A DNA stretch of 19,814 nucleotides from assembly GCA_046754465.1 (NCBI GenBank), contig JBHHVU010000058.1:1-19814 (forward strand). Reading direction: 5' to 3'. Each line of letters opens with the position of its first letter. The first letter of the stretch is position 1. A program made the position numbers and the translations under genes. Source of the stretch: Nitrospinaceae bacterium. Its GTDB lineage: Bacteria; Nitrospinota; Nitrospinia; Nitrospinales; VA-1. Positions 1 to 8,874 of this stretch are shown in pieces. The notes beneath the pieces are model-generated. The model was not told the origin of the DNA and did no database searches. It saw nothing but the letters and a program-made list of their open reading frames with translations.

Positions 1-74
1 GGCGGAGTGCCTCCGCTCGCGATTGGTCGTTCATTATATGGCGGACCTGGATCGACAGGCGATTGAGACTGGAC

Positions 75-1013
75 CTATCTCCCTCCCCCGTGGGGGGTGG
101 CCCGGATCACCGCGTTGATCTCTTTGAGGATGAGGTCGAGATCGACATTGTGCATGCCCGCGGTCTGCGCGACGGATTCAAAGGTCTGGCCCGGACAGGA
201 GAAACATCCTTGCCCATAATGTTTTTCAAAGACCGCCTTGGTGTCCGGATACACCTTGATCAGGCTTCCCACTAGAGTATCGGCCTCGCACAGTTCGCCT
301 TTCTGGATGGTTTTTCCCTGGGGTTCATCACCGCCGGGAGTCTGGACGGGGACAGGTGACGAAGGAGGCGGACCGCCGGTTTTTGGGAAAATCGCTCCAT
401 TGAGCTTGCGCAAAAACTCTTCCGCATCGACCCGGTGTTTTTCACAGGCCTTGTCGATCGTCACCACCTTGGCGAAGGTGCCCCGCGCGACCGGGTTGGC
501 CAGGGAGGTGAACCCGCTTGCCAGGAACACGGGCAGGGACTGGGGAAACTGATCCAGCACCGCTCCCACCTTCATGTCGCCAGTGATCTTTTTGGGCAAG
601 TCCACCGTTTTTGGGGAGGACAAAACGAAATAGAGGTTGTAAAACATGAAGAGGATGGAAACCCCCGCCATCAGCGCGAAAATTATGAAGAGGATTTGAA
701 ATCCGCCTCCCCGCCAAGTCCCCCCCACGGCCTGGACCCCCGCCATGCCCACGAGACCGATATTCTGCAGATAGAAATGGTACTTCACCCCCTCGGGCCA
801 GGGGACGGGACGCGCGTTGAAGCGCGGCAGGACATGGTAGGCCACTCCCGCCACCATCATGGTCATGAATCCCAGCAGGTTGAGGTGGATATGGATGAAC
901 CGGACACGCCCGACGAGGGCGGGACTCAATGCCATGGCCATTCCCAGAACGGCACCCAGGAGCGCATAGATCAGCCCGGCCTTGATAAACAGTCTTGGAT
1001 ATTTTTCCATCAT
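75..1013 (-). CDS. Membrane protein: 4-TM heme-copper oxidase subunit I-like unit fused to two DUF1858-like domains
   Basis: Residues 1-131 hold four hydrophobic segments with HIHLNLLGF...YHVLPRF...HFYL, resembling helices X-XI of CcoN/Cox1. Two repeats follow (ITGDMKVGAVLDQFP...ACEKHRVD and ADTLVGSLIKVYP...GCFSCP...AGMHNVD), separated by a Pro-rich linker. GGAGG lies upstream; the true start may be the second ATG at 1010. Confidence 0.8.
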   Translation of the reverse strand: MMEKYPRLFIKAGLIYALLGAVLGMAMALSPALVGRVRFIHIHLNLLGFMTMMVAGVAYHVLPRFNARPVPWPEGVKYHFYLQNIGLVGMAGVQAVGGTWRGGGFQILFIIFALMAGVSILFMFYNLYFVLSSPKTVDLPKKITGDMKVGAVLDQFPQSLPVFLASGFTSLANPVARGTFAKVVTIDKACEKHRVDAEEFLRKLNGAIFPKTGGPPPSSPVPVQTPGGDEPQGKTIQKGELCEADTLVGSLIKVYPDTKAVFEKHYGQGCFSCPGQTFESVAQTAGMHNVDLDLILKEINAVIRATPHGGGR

Positions 1014-1107
1014 TCACCTCCAGGCTACCTGGGAAATTCCCGCTTCCCGCTAGCTGGTTTTCGACTCCCGCCGTGCGGCCGGCTTCCCCCCTCAGAAAGC
1101 AGAGGGA

Positions 1108-2244
1108 TCACTGGGAATAGGTTCTTCCCCGCCATTCCGTTTGTCCTCTGACCAATACCTGGGCCATGGAATTCAGCATGATCGCCGCCATTATAACCGC
1201 TCCCAGTGGAAAAAGCAGTGCGTTTGCGCGGCGCAGCTTCAACTCGTCGCACAGACCGGTCCCGGCGCCCAGGTTCAGCAGCAGCGCGGAAAGGGAGAGG
1301 CCGGACCAGAACCACCCGGTGCCTTGCCATAGGTTGGCCAAAACGACCAGCCAGGGGGTCAGCACGAATCCCAGGATCATACCCACATGGTACAACGTCC
1401 GGGGAATGGATTTTTTCATGGCGATGAAAAGATTTTTTTTCCACCCGGTCCAGATTTCTCCGAGGGAATGATACATGCGAATGGAGAACAGGGGCTTGGC
1501 ATCGGCGACCAGCAACCGGAATCCAGCCCGCTTGGCGAGCCTGGCCAGCATCACATCTTCGAGGATTTCCCCCTTCACCGCTTCGTGCCCGCCCATCTTT
1601 TCGTAAACCTCTTTTTTGAACATGAGAAACGCGCCGAATCCCATCGCCGCGGGATCGCCGGGACGGTTTATTTTTTCAAATCGGGTCAGGGCGGCGATAA
1701 ATCCGAAAACCACCGGCTGCACCGCCCGTTCCCAGAACGACCCGAATACTGCCGCGGGCATCAGGCTCAGCATATCGAGGTTCCGGGTGACCATGGCATG
1801 AACGGCGGAGGTCAACGCGTGGGGTTGAAACACGACATCCGCGTCGGTGAACAATAGATAATCTCCCCGCCCCCGCTTTTGGGCCTGGTGCAGGGCGTGG
1901 GGTTTGCCCAGCCAGCCGGGGGGAAGAGGTGAACCTTCCACGAAAACCAGGTTGGAATGTTTTTCCGCCAGGGAGCGGATAATTTCCCCCGTGGCGTCGG
2001 TGGAATTGTCGTCGACGGCAATCACTTCAAACCGGGGATAATCCTGCGCGAGCAGGGAGGTCAGGCAGGTGCGGATATCCCGCTCTTCGTCGCGGGCCGG
2101 AACACAGACCGTCACGAAAGGGTGGGATGGCAAGGGACCCCGCGCCGGCCGCACCCGGACGAGGTGCAGCATGTTGAGGGTCAGGTACACCACCACCCCG
2201 GCTGCCAGGATGAATTGAATGGCGGTCATCGTATGGATCCACAT
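1108..2244 (-). CDS. Family 2 glycosyltransferase, CrtQ/HpnB-like (lipid/isoprenoid glycosylation)
   Basis: N-terminal TM; motifs VPARDEE, VDDNSTD, WLGKPHAL, FTDAD, ILEDV, RMY; C-terminal TMs and WRGRTY tail; GGAG-rich RBS upstream. Confidence 0.85.
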   Translation of the reverse strand: MWIHTMTAIQFILAAGVVVYLTLNMLHLVRVRPARGPLPSHPFVTVCVPARDEERDIRTCLTSLLAQDYPRFEVIAVDDNSTDATGEIIRSLAEKHSNLVFVEGSPLPPGWLGKPHALHQAQKRGRGDYLLFTDADVVFQPHALTSAVHAMVTRNLDMLSLMPAAVFGSFWERAVQPVVFGFIAALTRFEKINRPGDPAAMGFGAFLMFKKEVYEKMGGHEAVKGEILEDVMLARLAKRAGFRLLVADAKPLFSIRMYHSLGEIWTGWKKNLFIAMKKSIPRTLYHVGMILGFVLTPWLVVLANLWQGTGWFWSGLSLSALLLNLGAGTGLCDELKLRRANALLFPLGAVIMAAIMLNSMAQVLVRGQTEWRGRTYSQ

Positions 2245-2638
2245 GGAGTCTCCCCTCCCCTCTTTGTCACTTCGGATATTAAAACCTGAAATTCCAGGCC
2301 GATGGATGAAAAATATTTATTGAAACGCCCGCTCAAGGAAATCTCCCTTTTCCCGGTCCTGAAGGAGAAGCCGGCCCATTAAAGAAAATATGTGCCAAAT
2401 CCGATTTATTTGATATCCTTATGAAGGGTGATCGAAGGAACCGGGATTTTTCCCACCCGCAGAATGGATGGTTAACCGGTTCGTTCCACCACTCTCGCTG
2501 GATTCCTACTCTATACGGCGATGATTATTCTGGTCATTTCCTGCGGTTTGTCCTTTCTGAAAATTTCCAGGGAGGGGAAAACCGTCGTAAACATCCTCGG
2601 ATTTCTATTATTAAACCTTCTTTTCTCACGAAAAACCC

Positions 2639-3106
2639 ATGATCCATAAAAAGATCAAAAAGCTTCTTCTTGTTTTCTCCGCCCTGTTACCGGTCTTGTT
2701 CCTGGTTCCCGCCGCGGTTTCCCAGGCCCTTTGCATCAGCAACAAAACGGCCAACCTGCGTCAGGGACCCGGAACGCATTACGAAAAACTTTGGCAGGTG
2801 TTCAAATACATGCCCTTTAAGGAATTGGGGAAACGCGGGGACTGGTACCGGGTGCAGGACGTGGATAAAGATATTTACTGGGTCCACAAAAAACTGATCA
2901 CCAAAAAATTCAAATGCGCCGTCATCAAGGAAAACAAGACCAACCTGCGAAAAGGACCCGGCACTAATTTCCCCAAGGTGTCCTGGAGCCCGGTGGACAA
3001 ATACTTTTCCATGAAAGTCCTCAAAATCAAGAACAACTGGGTCCGGATCGAAGACAGCAGCGGGGACCGGGCATGGATTTATGCCCCCCTGGTCTGGATC
3101 CAGTGA
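2639..3106 (+). CDS. Exported protein with two bacterial SH3 (SH3_4-like) domains
   Basis: Signal peptide (KKIKK + hydrophobic stretch + SQA). Two repeats: NLRQGPGT...WYRV...YWVH and NLRKGPGT...WVRI...AWIY. Confidence 0.85.
   Translation: MIHKKIKKLLLVFSALLPVLFLVPAAVSQALCISNKTANLRQGPGTHYEKLWQVFKYMPFKELGKRGDWYRVQDVDKDIYWVHKKLITKKFKCAVIKENKTNLRKGPGTNFPKVSWSPVDKYFSMKVLKIKNNWVRIEDSSGDRAWIYAPLVWIQ
2751..2961 (+). repeat. Intragenic imperfect direct repeat reflecting the SH3 duplication
   Basis: ccaacctgcgtcagggacccgg (2751-2772) vs ccaacctgcgaaaaggacccgg (2940-2961), 19/22 identical and in frame. Confidence 0.7.
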
Positions 3107-3140
3107 ATGAGATTTCCACCCCCCTCCCGGATTGGACCGT

Positions 3141-4160
3141 TCAATTCCCTTCGACCCGGTTCCCCGCCGAATCGAAGAACATGACTTGGCGGTCACTCAC
3201 CCGGCAATCAACGCGCATTCCCGCCGCCAACGCAGGGTCCTGGCACAAGGCGCAAACCGAAGATTCTCCCAGAGTAAAATAAGCGTACGCCGCGTATCCC
3301 ACCTTCTGGACCCAATCGACCTCAAAGGGGGAGCCCCCGGCCTCCTCAAGCAGAAGATGTTCCGGCCTTATTCCCACCTGGGCGGCGCCCGCTGGAATTC
3401 TTTCCGGAATCATCAGGGCATATTCTTCCGGCGTGAGGAGATTGATGGGCGGGAATCCCATGAACCGGGCCACCTCGACATTCCGGGGTTTCAGGTAAAT
3501 CTCCTGCGGCGGACCGATCTGCTGGATCCTTTTTCCGGCGAGGAACGCGATCCTGTCCCCAAGAATCATGGCCGAAAGCTGGTCGTGGGTGACGTAGATA
3601 AAAGTTTTTTTCAACCTGCGGTGGAGTTGTTTCAGTTCCACGCGTAAATGATCGCGGAGCCGCTGGTCCAGGCTGCTCAACGGTTCGTCGAACAAAAACA
3701 CGAAAGGGTCACGGACCAGCGCCCGGCCGATGGCCACTCTTTGCTTCTGTCCGCCGGATAACTGACCGGGAATCTTGTCGCCGACCGGGTTGAGGTGCAG
3801 CAGGCCAAGAACCTCCCGCACCTTTCTTTCCCGCTCCGTGGAACTCATTTTCATATTTTCCAGGGGGAATCGAATGTTTTCCCGGACGGTCATGTGCGGA
3901 TAAAGGGCATAGTCCTGGAAAACATACGCGATGTTGCGGCGGGACACGTCCCATTTCGTGATGTCCGTTCCCTCAAACAGTATGGTTCCGCTGGAGGGAA
4001 GCGTCAGCCCGGCGATGAGGTTCAGGAACGTGGTTTTCCCGCCGCCGCTGGCCCCCAGGATCACCAGGAATTCCCCAGGCCGGACCTCGAGGCCGATCTC
4101 TTCCAACACGGGGACGCCGCCGTAATGCTTGGAAACATTTTTCAGTTCAATCGCACCCAT
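3141..4160 (-). CDS. Carbohydrate ABC transporter ATP-binding subunit (MalK-like)
   Basis: Walker A GASGGGKTT, Q-loop VFQDYALYPH, signature LSGGQKQR, Walker B FLFDEP, H-loop VTHD, and GIRPEH in the C-terminal domain. Confidence 0.95.
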   Translation of the reverse strand: MGAIELKNVSKHYGGVPVLEEIGLEVRPGEFLVILGASGGGKTTFLNLIAGLTLPSSGTILFEGTDITKWDVSRRNIAYVFQDYALYPHMTVRENIRFPLENMKMSSTERERKVREVLGLLHLNPVGDKIPGQLSGGQKQRVAIGRALVRDPFVFLFDEPLSSLDQRLRDHLRVELKQLHRRLKKTFIYVTHDQLSAMILGDRIAFLAGKRIQQIGPPQEIYLKPRNVEVARFMGFPPINLLTPEEYALMIPERIPAGAAQVGIRPEHLLLEEAGGSPFEVDWVQKVGYAAYAYFTLGESSVCALCQDPALAAGMRVDCRVSDRQVMFFDSAGNRVEGN

Positions 4161-4162
4161 CG

Positions 4163-4975
4163 CTATCCCTTATCCCCTCCGCCTGCCAGGCCCCGAACCA
4201 GTTGTTTCTGGGCCAGAAGAACGATCACCAGTATTGGCAGCGTGACGATGGAAGTCGCCGCGGATATTTCTCCCCACGGAAATTCAAACTGTCCCGTGAA
4301 CAACGTGATCCCCACCGGAATGGTCCTTGACGCATAAGTCGAGGTGAAAGTGAGCGCGAATAGAAATTCGTTCCAACAGAACAGGAGGCTCAGCAACCCC
4401 CCGCTGACCAACCCGGCACGTGACAGCGGAAGATACACGCGATAAAAAATTTTCCAGTGGCCGCACCCGTCCACCAGCGCGGATCGATAGAGGGACTCCG
4501 GAATCTCTTCATACACCTGATGCATGACCCAGACCACGAGAGGAACCGTGAACACCGAATACACCAGGATCAAGCCGGAAAGGGTGTCTTTCAGGTGCAG
4601 GTGACCGAGGACCTTGTAAAAGGGCGTGACGACGGCCACCGGGGGAATCATGAAAATGACGAGGAGCGCCAGCAATACCAGGTTCCCGCCCCTCCGCATC
4701 AAACGTGAGACGCCATAGGCGCCCAGGGAGCCTGCCGCCAGCGATATCGCCGTCGCGCCCAAGGAAACGATCAGGCTGTTGACGATGACTTGCAGAAACC
4801 GGGGATTGCCCAGGACCGACCTGTAATTTTCCCAATCGAGCGAAACCGGCCAGATGGGGGGTAGCTGGGGAACCAGCGCGGGCCCCTTGAAAGAGGTGGC
4901 CCACTGCCAGAGAAAGGGTCCCAGGCTCCACCCCACCATCGTCAAGAGAAACAGGATTTGAAGGGTTTTTTTCAT
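4163..4975 (-). CDS. Carbohydrate ABC transporter permease (MalG-like)
   Basis: About 6 TMs; EAA-like loop IPESLYRSALVDG; WNEFLFA motif. Confidence 0.93.
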   Translation of the reverse strand: MKKTLQILFLLTMVGWSLGPFLWQWATSFKGPALVPQLPPIWPVSLDWENYRSVLGNPRFLQVIVNSLIVSLGATAISLAAGSLGAYGVSRLMRRGGNLVLLALLVIFMIPPVAVVTPFYKVLGHLHLKDTLSGLILVYSVFTVPLVVWVMHQVYEEIPESLYRSALVDGCGHWKIFYRVYLPLSRAGLVSGGLLSLLFCWNEFLFALTFTSTYASRTIPVGITLFTGQFEFPWGEISAATSIVTLPILVIVLLAQKQLVRGLAGGGDKG

Positions 4976-4981
4976 GGGCGG

Positions 4982-5848
4982 CTACCGGCGGGTTGGGAGT
5001 ATGCGGTGAATGAGAAGCGTCAAGGCCACCATCACCATGACCTGGACGATGACGATGGATGAACCGTACCCGAATTGCAGCCCCTGGAAATAAGTTCGGT
5101 AAGCGTAAATGGACAGGGTCTCCGTGCCATTGGCGGGTCCGCCTCCCGTCATCACGTAAATCACGTCGAACACACGGAACGCGTCGAGCATCCTGAGGAC
5201 CAGGGCCGTCGCGATGACGGGCTTCAACTGGGGCAGGAGAACCCGGAACAGCAAACGGAGGGGAGGAGTGGCATCGACCCGGGCGGCGCGCACCAGGTTT
5301 TCCGGAATCCGCTGGAGACCGGCAAACAACAGCAGGGTCATGAAAGGAGTGGTTTTCCACACATCCGCCAGAATCGCCGAATGCATGGCCAGGGCGGGGG
5401 TGGAGAGCCAGTGGATCGGTCCATCGATCCAGCCCAGCGATTGCAGGCAATAATTGATGATGCCGGCCTCCGAATGAAACATCCATTGCCACAGCCGGGC
5501 GCTCACCACGTTGGGAATGGCCCAGGGCAGCAGCAACACCACCTTGACCCACGTTCCACCATAAGAAAACCGCAGGTACAACGCGAACAGGAGACCGAGA
5601 ACAAACTCCAATCCCACCGAAACCAGGGTGAAATACCCCGTATTGAGCAGAGAAACCAGGAACCGCAAATCTTTCCCGAACAGGTACCCGTAATTGGCGA
5701 ATCCCGTCCACCGGTCGATGCCGAAGAGGAGAACCTGGGTTTTGAAACTCAGCAACAGTACTTCCAAAAGAGGCCAGGCGACGATGAGACCCGGTAAAAC
5801 CGCCAGCGGTCCGAGAAACAGAAGAATGTCCTTCAGCCGGGCGCTCAT
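4982..5848 (-). CDS. Carbohydrate ABC transporter permease (MalF-like)
   Basis: Motifs GFANY, LLPWAIP, DVWKTTPF, AGLQRIP...AARVD, FDVIYVMTGGGP. Its start overlaps the stop of the binding-protein gene (ATGA). Confidence 0.93.
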   Translation of the reverse strand: MSARLKDILLFLGPLAVLPGLIVAWPLLEVLLLSFKTQVLLFGIDRWTGFANYGYLFGKDLRFLVSLLNTGYFTLVSVGLEFVLGLLFALYLRFSYGGTWVKVVLLLPWAIPNVVSARLWQWMFHSEAGIINYCLQSLGWIDGPIHWLSTPALAMHSAILADVWKTTPFMTLLLFAGLQRIPENLVRAARVDATPPLRLLFRVLLPQLKPVIATALVLRMLDAFRVFDVIYVMTGGGPANGTETLSIYAYRTYFQGLQFGYGSSIVIVQVMVMVALTLLIHRILPTRR

Positions 5849-7134
5849 CCGTTCAAGATCCGAAAGATCCTGCGCGCATCGCTTTCAACCAACCGCACCG
5901 ACCGGTCGATGGAATAAACACCCGCCAGCGCCCCACTGATATAGGCCTGCATGGATTGCGAGATAGGGATATAAACGGGGGTCACCGGCCGGGCAACGGT
6001 TCCTTCCATGACGTCCTCCAGAACATCCATGGGAAATCCGTTGGCGGTCAATTCGGGGAAGACGCTTCTTCGGGCGGGGGTCAACCCCAGTTTTTCCCAG
6101 AGAATTTTCTGCGCCCGCCGCCCGGTCAAAAAGCGGACCCAGGCCCGTGCGGCCCGGGGATAGGGGGTATCGCGGTGGATGCCCAGGAGAAACCCGCCCA
6201 GCGCGGCGCGGCTCTTTCCTCCTTCGTCCCAGGCGGGCAGCGGCGAAACCCATATTTTTTCGGCCACGGGAGACCCGGCCTGCTGGGCGAGTCTCCAGGC
6301 GTAAGGCCAGTTTCTCATGAACACGGCCTTGCCGTTTTGAAAGACCTGGCGGCTTTCCTCCTCGGACATGGAAAACACCGATTCCGGTGAAACGCTGCGG
6401 CGATACACCAGGTCCGCCATGAACGATAAAGCGGTCCTTACGGCGGGCTGATCGAAGTTCAGCCCCGGGGCGGAAGGCCCGGTCACGAGCGGTTGAGCCC
6501 GATCGGACATAAATTCGAGGAAGTTGCAGATCAGGCCCTCGTATTGTTTCCCTTGCCAGACAAATCCCTGAAGAGCGGGATCGTTTTCCCGCGCCAGGAT
6601 TTTCCGGACCATCCGTATCAGTTCCTCCCAGGTTCGGGGAGGGTGCGGGTACCCGGATTCGCGGAGCAGGTCCTTGCGGGAATAGAGGAGTCCCCCATCG
6701 ATAAACAAAGGCACCGCGAAGCGGGTGCCTCTGTAAGTTGCGGCGCGCACGCTGGTGGCAAAAAACTCCTTCCACGCCAACGGGACGTCCCCCCCATCGG
6801 CCGGCAGCAGCAAACCGGCCCGTGCAAATTCGGCGAGCCAAATCACATCCAAGGCGAACACGTCGATGCGGCTCTCTCCCCGGGAGGATGCGTGGGTCAA
6901 ATAAAACTGGTGCTGGTCGCCGCTTGTGGTGGGAAGGGTATGGATCTTTACCCGGATTTCCGGATGTTCTTGGCTGAACAGACCCAGCAACTCGTCAAAC
7001 GCCCCGCGGTCCCGAGGCAGGGAAAACTGGTAATAATGAATAGTGTTTTCCAGTTCCGGACCGGTTGACGGTTCCGCGCAGGCGCTCAAAAAAAACAGGC
7101 CCAGCCAGCAAAGAGTTTTCCAGCCTCGCATCAT
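5845..7134 (-). CDS. Sugar ABC transporter substrate-binding lipoprotein, trehalose/maltose-binding (TMBP)-like
   Basis: Likely start MMRGWK at 7134/7131 (ORF open to 7194), followed by lipobox LSAC. Motifs DVIWLAEF, GFVWQGKQYEGLIC, FMRNWPYAW, SPV..K..VSPLP, LGG and RPVTPVY are typical of the TMBP clade. Confidence 0.9.
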   Translation of the reverse strand: MMRGWKTLCWLGLFFLSACAEPSTGPELENTIHYYQFSLPRDRGAFDELLGLFSQEHPEIRVKIHTLPTTSGDQHQFYLTHASSRGESRIDVFALDVIWLAEFARAGLLLPADGGDVPLAWKEFFATSVRAATYRGTRFAVPLFIDGGLLYSRKDLLRESGYPHPPRTWEELIRMVRKILARENDPALQGFVWQGKQYEGLICNFLEFMSDRAQPLVTGPSAPGLNFDQPAVRTALSFMADLVYRRSVSPESVFSMSEEESRQVFQNGKAVFMRNWPYAWRLAQQAGSPVAEKIWVSPLPAWDEGGKSRAALGGFLLGIHRDTPYPRAARAWVRFLTGRRAQKILWEKLGLTPARRSVFPELTANGFPMDVLEDVMEGTVARPVTPVYIPISQSMQAYISGALAGVYSIDRSVRLVESDARRIFRILNG

Positions 7135-7320
7135 CGGTTCGCTCCGGATTCTTCCGGGACAGGAAAAAAATGGTTTCCCGCCATCGGTTTCCATATAATA
7201 AGCAGGAATCCCGCCCCGGCCCCATCGGAAAGTTTATCCTGGTCCGCCAGGAGGTTTCAGGGGCGGCTGTGCCGAAAACTCAATGCATCGGAACCTGTCT
7301 TCAGAACGGGAGAAGAAACC

Positions 7321-8832
7321 ATGACCCTCACCACTTTACTCGAACCCATTCCCGAGATACAAACCTTTTTGAAGGCGCCGCAAAAAATGCTGATCGGCGG
7401 AAAACGGGTCGATGCGGCCAGCGGAGAGACCTTTGAGGTGGTTGACCCTTCCACCAACAAACCCCTGGCCCGGGTGCCCAAGGGCGGGAAGGAAGACATC
7501 GACCGTGCCGTGAAGGCGGCCCGCCGGGCTTTTCAAAACGGTCCCTGGAAAAAACTCACCGCCTCCCAACGGGGCAAACTGATCTGGAACCTCGCCGACC
7601 TCATCGAAGAGCGGAAAGAGGAATTCGCCCAACTGGAAACCCTGGACAACGGCAAACCCATCACCGTGGCGCGGGTGGCGGACATTCCCCTGACCATCGA
7701 TCATTTCCGTTACTACGCGGGCCTGGCCACGAAGATTCATGGGGAAACCCTGGACATCAGCGTTCCCTATTCTCCCGAAACCCAGTTTTTCGATTTCACC
7801 TTGAGGGAACCCATGGGCGTCGTGGGTCAAATCATTCCCTGGAATTTTCCCCTGCTCATGGCCGCGTGGAAACTGGGCGTGGCCCTGGCGGCGGGAAACT
7901 GCATTGTGTTGAAACCCGCGGAGCAAACTCCGCTCTCCGCCCTGTTGTTGGCCGATTTGTTTTCCGAGGCGGGATTTCCCGACGGGGTGGTCAACATCGT
8001 CACGGGATTTGGCGACGCGGGGGCGGCCCTGGCGGAGCACGATGATGTGGATAAAATCGCTTTTACGGGAAGCACCGAGGTGGGACATGAAATCGTGAAA
8101 GCCTCCGCCGGAAACCTCAAGCGGGTGACACTGGAACTGGGAGGGAAATCCCCCAGCATCGTCTTTCCCGACGCGGACCTGGAAATCGCGGCGCAGGGGG
8201 TAGCCGGCGCGATCTTTTTCAATCATGGCCAGTGCTGCTGCGCGGGGTCCCGGCTGCTGGTCCATGAAAGGGTTTACGATGAACTGGTGCAGCGGGTATC
8301 CGAAAATGCTAAAAACATCCAACTGGGACCGGGAATGGATCCCAATACCCAAATGGGTCCCCTCGTCTCACGGGAACAACAGGACCGCGTCCTGGAATAT
8401 ATTCATTCCGGAAAATCCGAGGGGGGAAGGACTCTGACCGGAGGCAAAGCCCCGGGAGGTGAAATGGAGTCGGGGTGTTACGTGCAACCCACCGTTTTTG
8501 AAAAGGTCCGGCCGGACATGAAAATCGTTCGCGAGGAAATATTCGGACCGGTGGTGGTGGCGGCTCCGTTCGAGGACCTGGACGAAGCCATCGGCCTGGG
8601 AAACGAAACCTCTTACGGGTTGGCGGCGAGTGTCTGGACCCGGGATATCAACAAAGCCCACAAGGTGGCCCGGGGATTACAAGCGGGCACCGTTTGGGTC
8701 AACTGCCATAACATTTTCGATGCCGCGGCACCCTTTGGAGGATACAAACAAAGCGGCTACGGCCGGGAAATGGGCGTGCACGCCCTGGAAACGTACACGC
8801 AGATCAAAAACGTCATCATTCAATTGACTTGA
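7321..8832 (+). CDS. NAD(P)+-dependent aldehyde dehydrogenase (ALDH1/2- or DhaS-like)
   Basis: Motifs IPWNFPL, KPAEQTP, FTGSTEVG, LELGGKS, catalytic NHGQCCCAGSR, EEIFGPV, PFGGYKQSG. Confidence 0.96.
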   Translation: MTLTTLLEPIPEIQTFLKAPQKMLIGGKRVDAASGETFEVVDPSTNKPLARVPKGGKEDIDRAVKAARRAFQNGPWKKLTASQRGKLIWNLADLIEERKEEFAQLETLDNGKPITVARVADIPLTIDHFRYYAGLATKIHGETLDISVPYSPETQFFDFTLREPMGVVGQIIPWNFPLLMAAWKLGVALAAGNCIVLKPAEQTPLSALLLADLFSEAGFPDGVVNIVTGFGDAGAALAEHDDVDKIAFTGSTEVGHEIVKASAGNLKRVTLELGGKSPSIVFPDADLEIAAQGVAGAIFFNHGQCCCAGSRLLVHERVYDELVQRVSENAKNIQLGPGMDPNTQMGPLVSREQQDRVLEYIHSGKSEGGRTLTGGKAPGGEMESGCYVQPTVFEKVRPDMKIVREEIFGPVVVAAPFEDLDEAIGLGNETSYGLAASVWTRDINKAHKVARGLQAGTVWVNCHNIFDAAAPFGGYKQSGYGREMGVHALETYTQIKNVIIQLT

Positions 8833-8869
8833 GGGGGGAGGAGGGGTTTCCTCCGGCCTTCCATCCCCC
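8833..8869. terminator. Possible GC-rich stem-loop between convergent ALDH and histidine kinase genes
   Basis: GGAGG-ggttt-CCTCC core (8840-8854) with outer GGGGGA/TCCCCC arms; no clear U tract. Confidence 0.3.
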
Positions 8870-8874
8870 AGTAT

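Noticed and set aside
2..60. Hairpin GCGGAG-tgc-CTCCGC and a GGATCGACAGG stretch faintly like a tmRNA 5' end
   Set aside because: Too short, truncated by the window edge, and runs into a CDS on the opposite strand.
2383..2398. Sigma54-like TTGGCAC on the minus strand upstream of the glycosyltransferase
   Set aside because: The -12 element reads TTCT rather than TTGC, so the essential GC is missing.
2421..2642. 73-aa ORF in the divergent intergenic region
   Set aside because: No RBS or motif; more likely promoter DNA for the flanking genes.
4509..5711. 400-aa alternative-frame ORF, and a 318-aa one at 5885-6841
   Set aside because: Arg/Pro/Gly-rich shadow frames over well-supported ABC genes; expected from GC-biased codon usage.
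7336..8352. Long antisense ORFs opposite ALDH, and similarly opposite gatB (13261-14064) and the permease (5075-5797)
   Set aside because: Antisense mirrors of conserved genes with no recognisable motifs.
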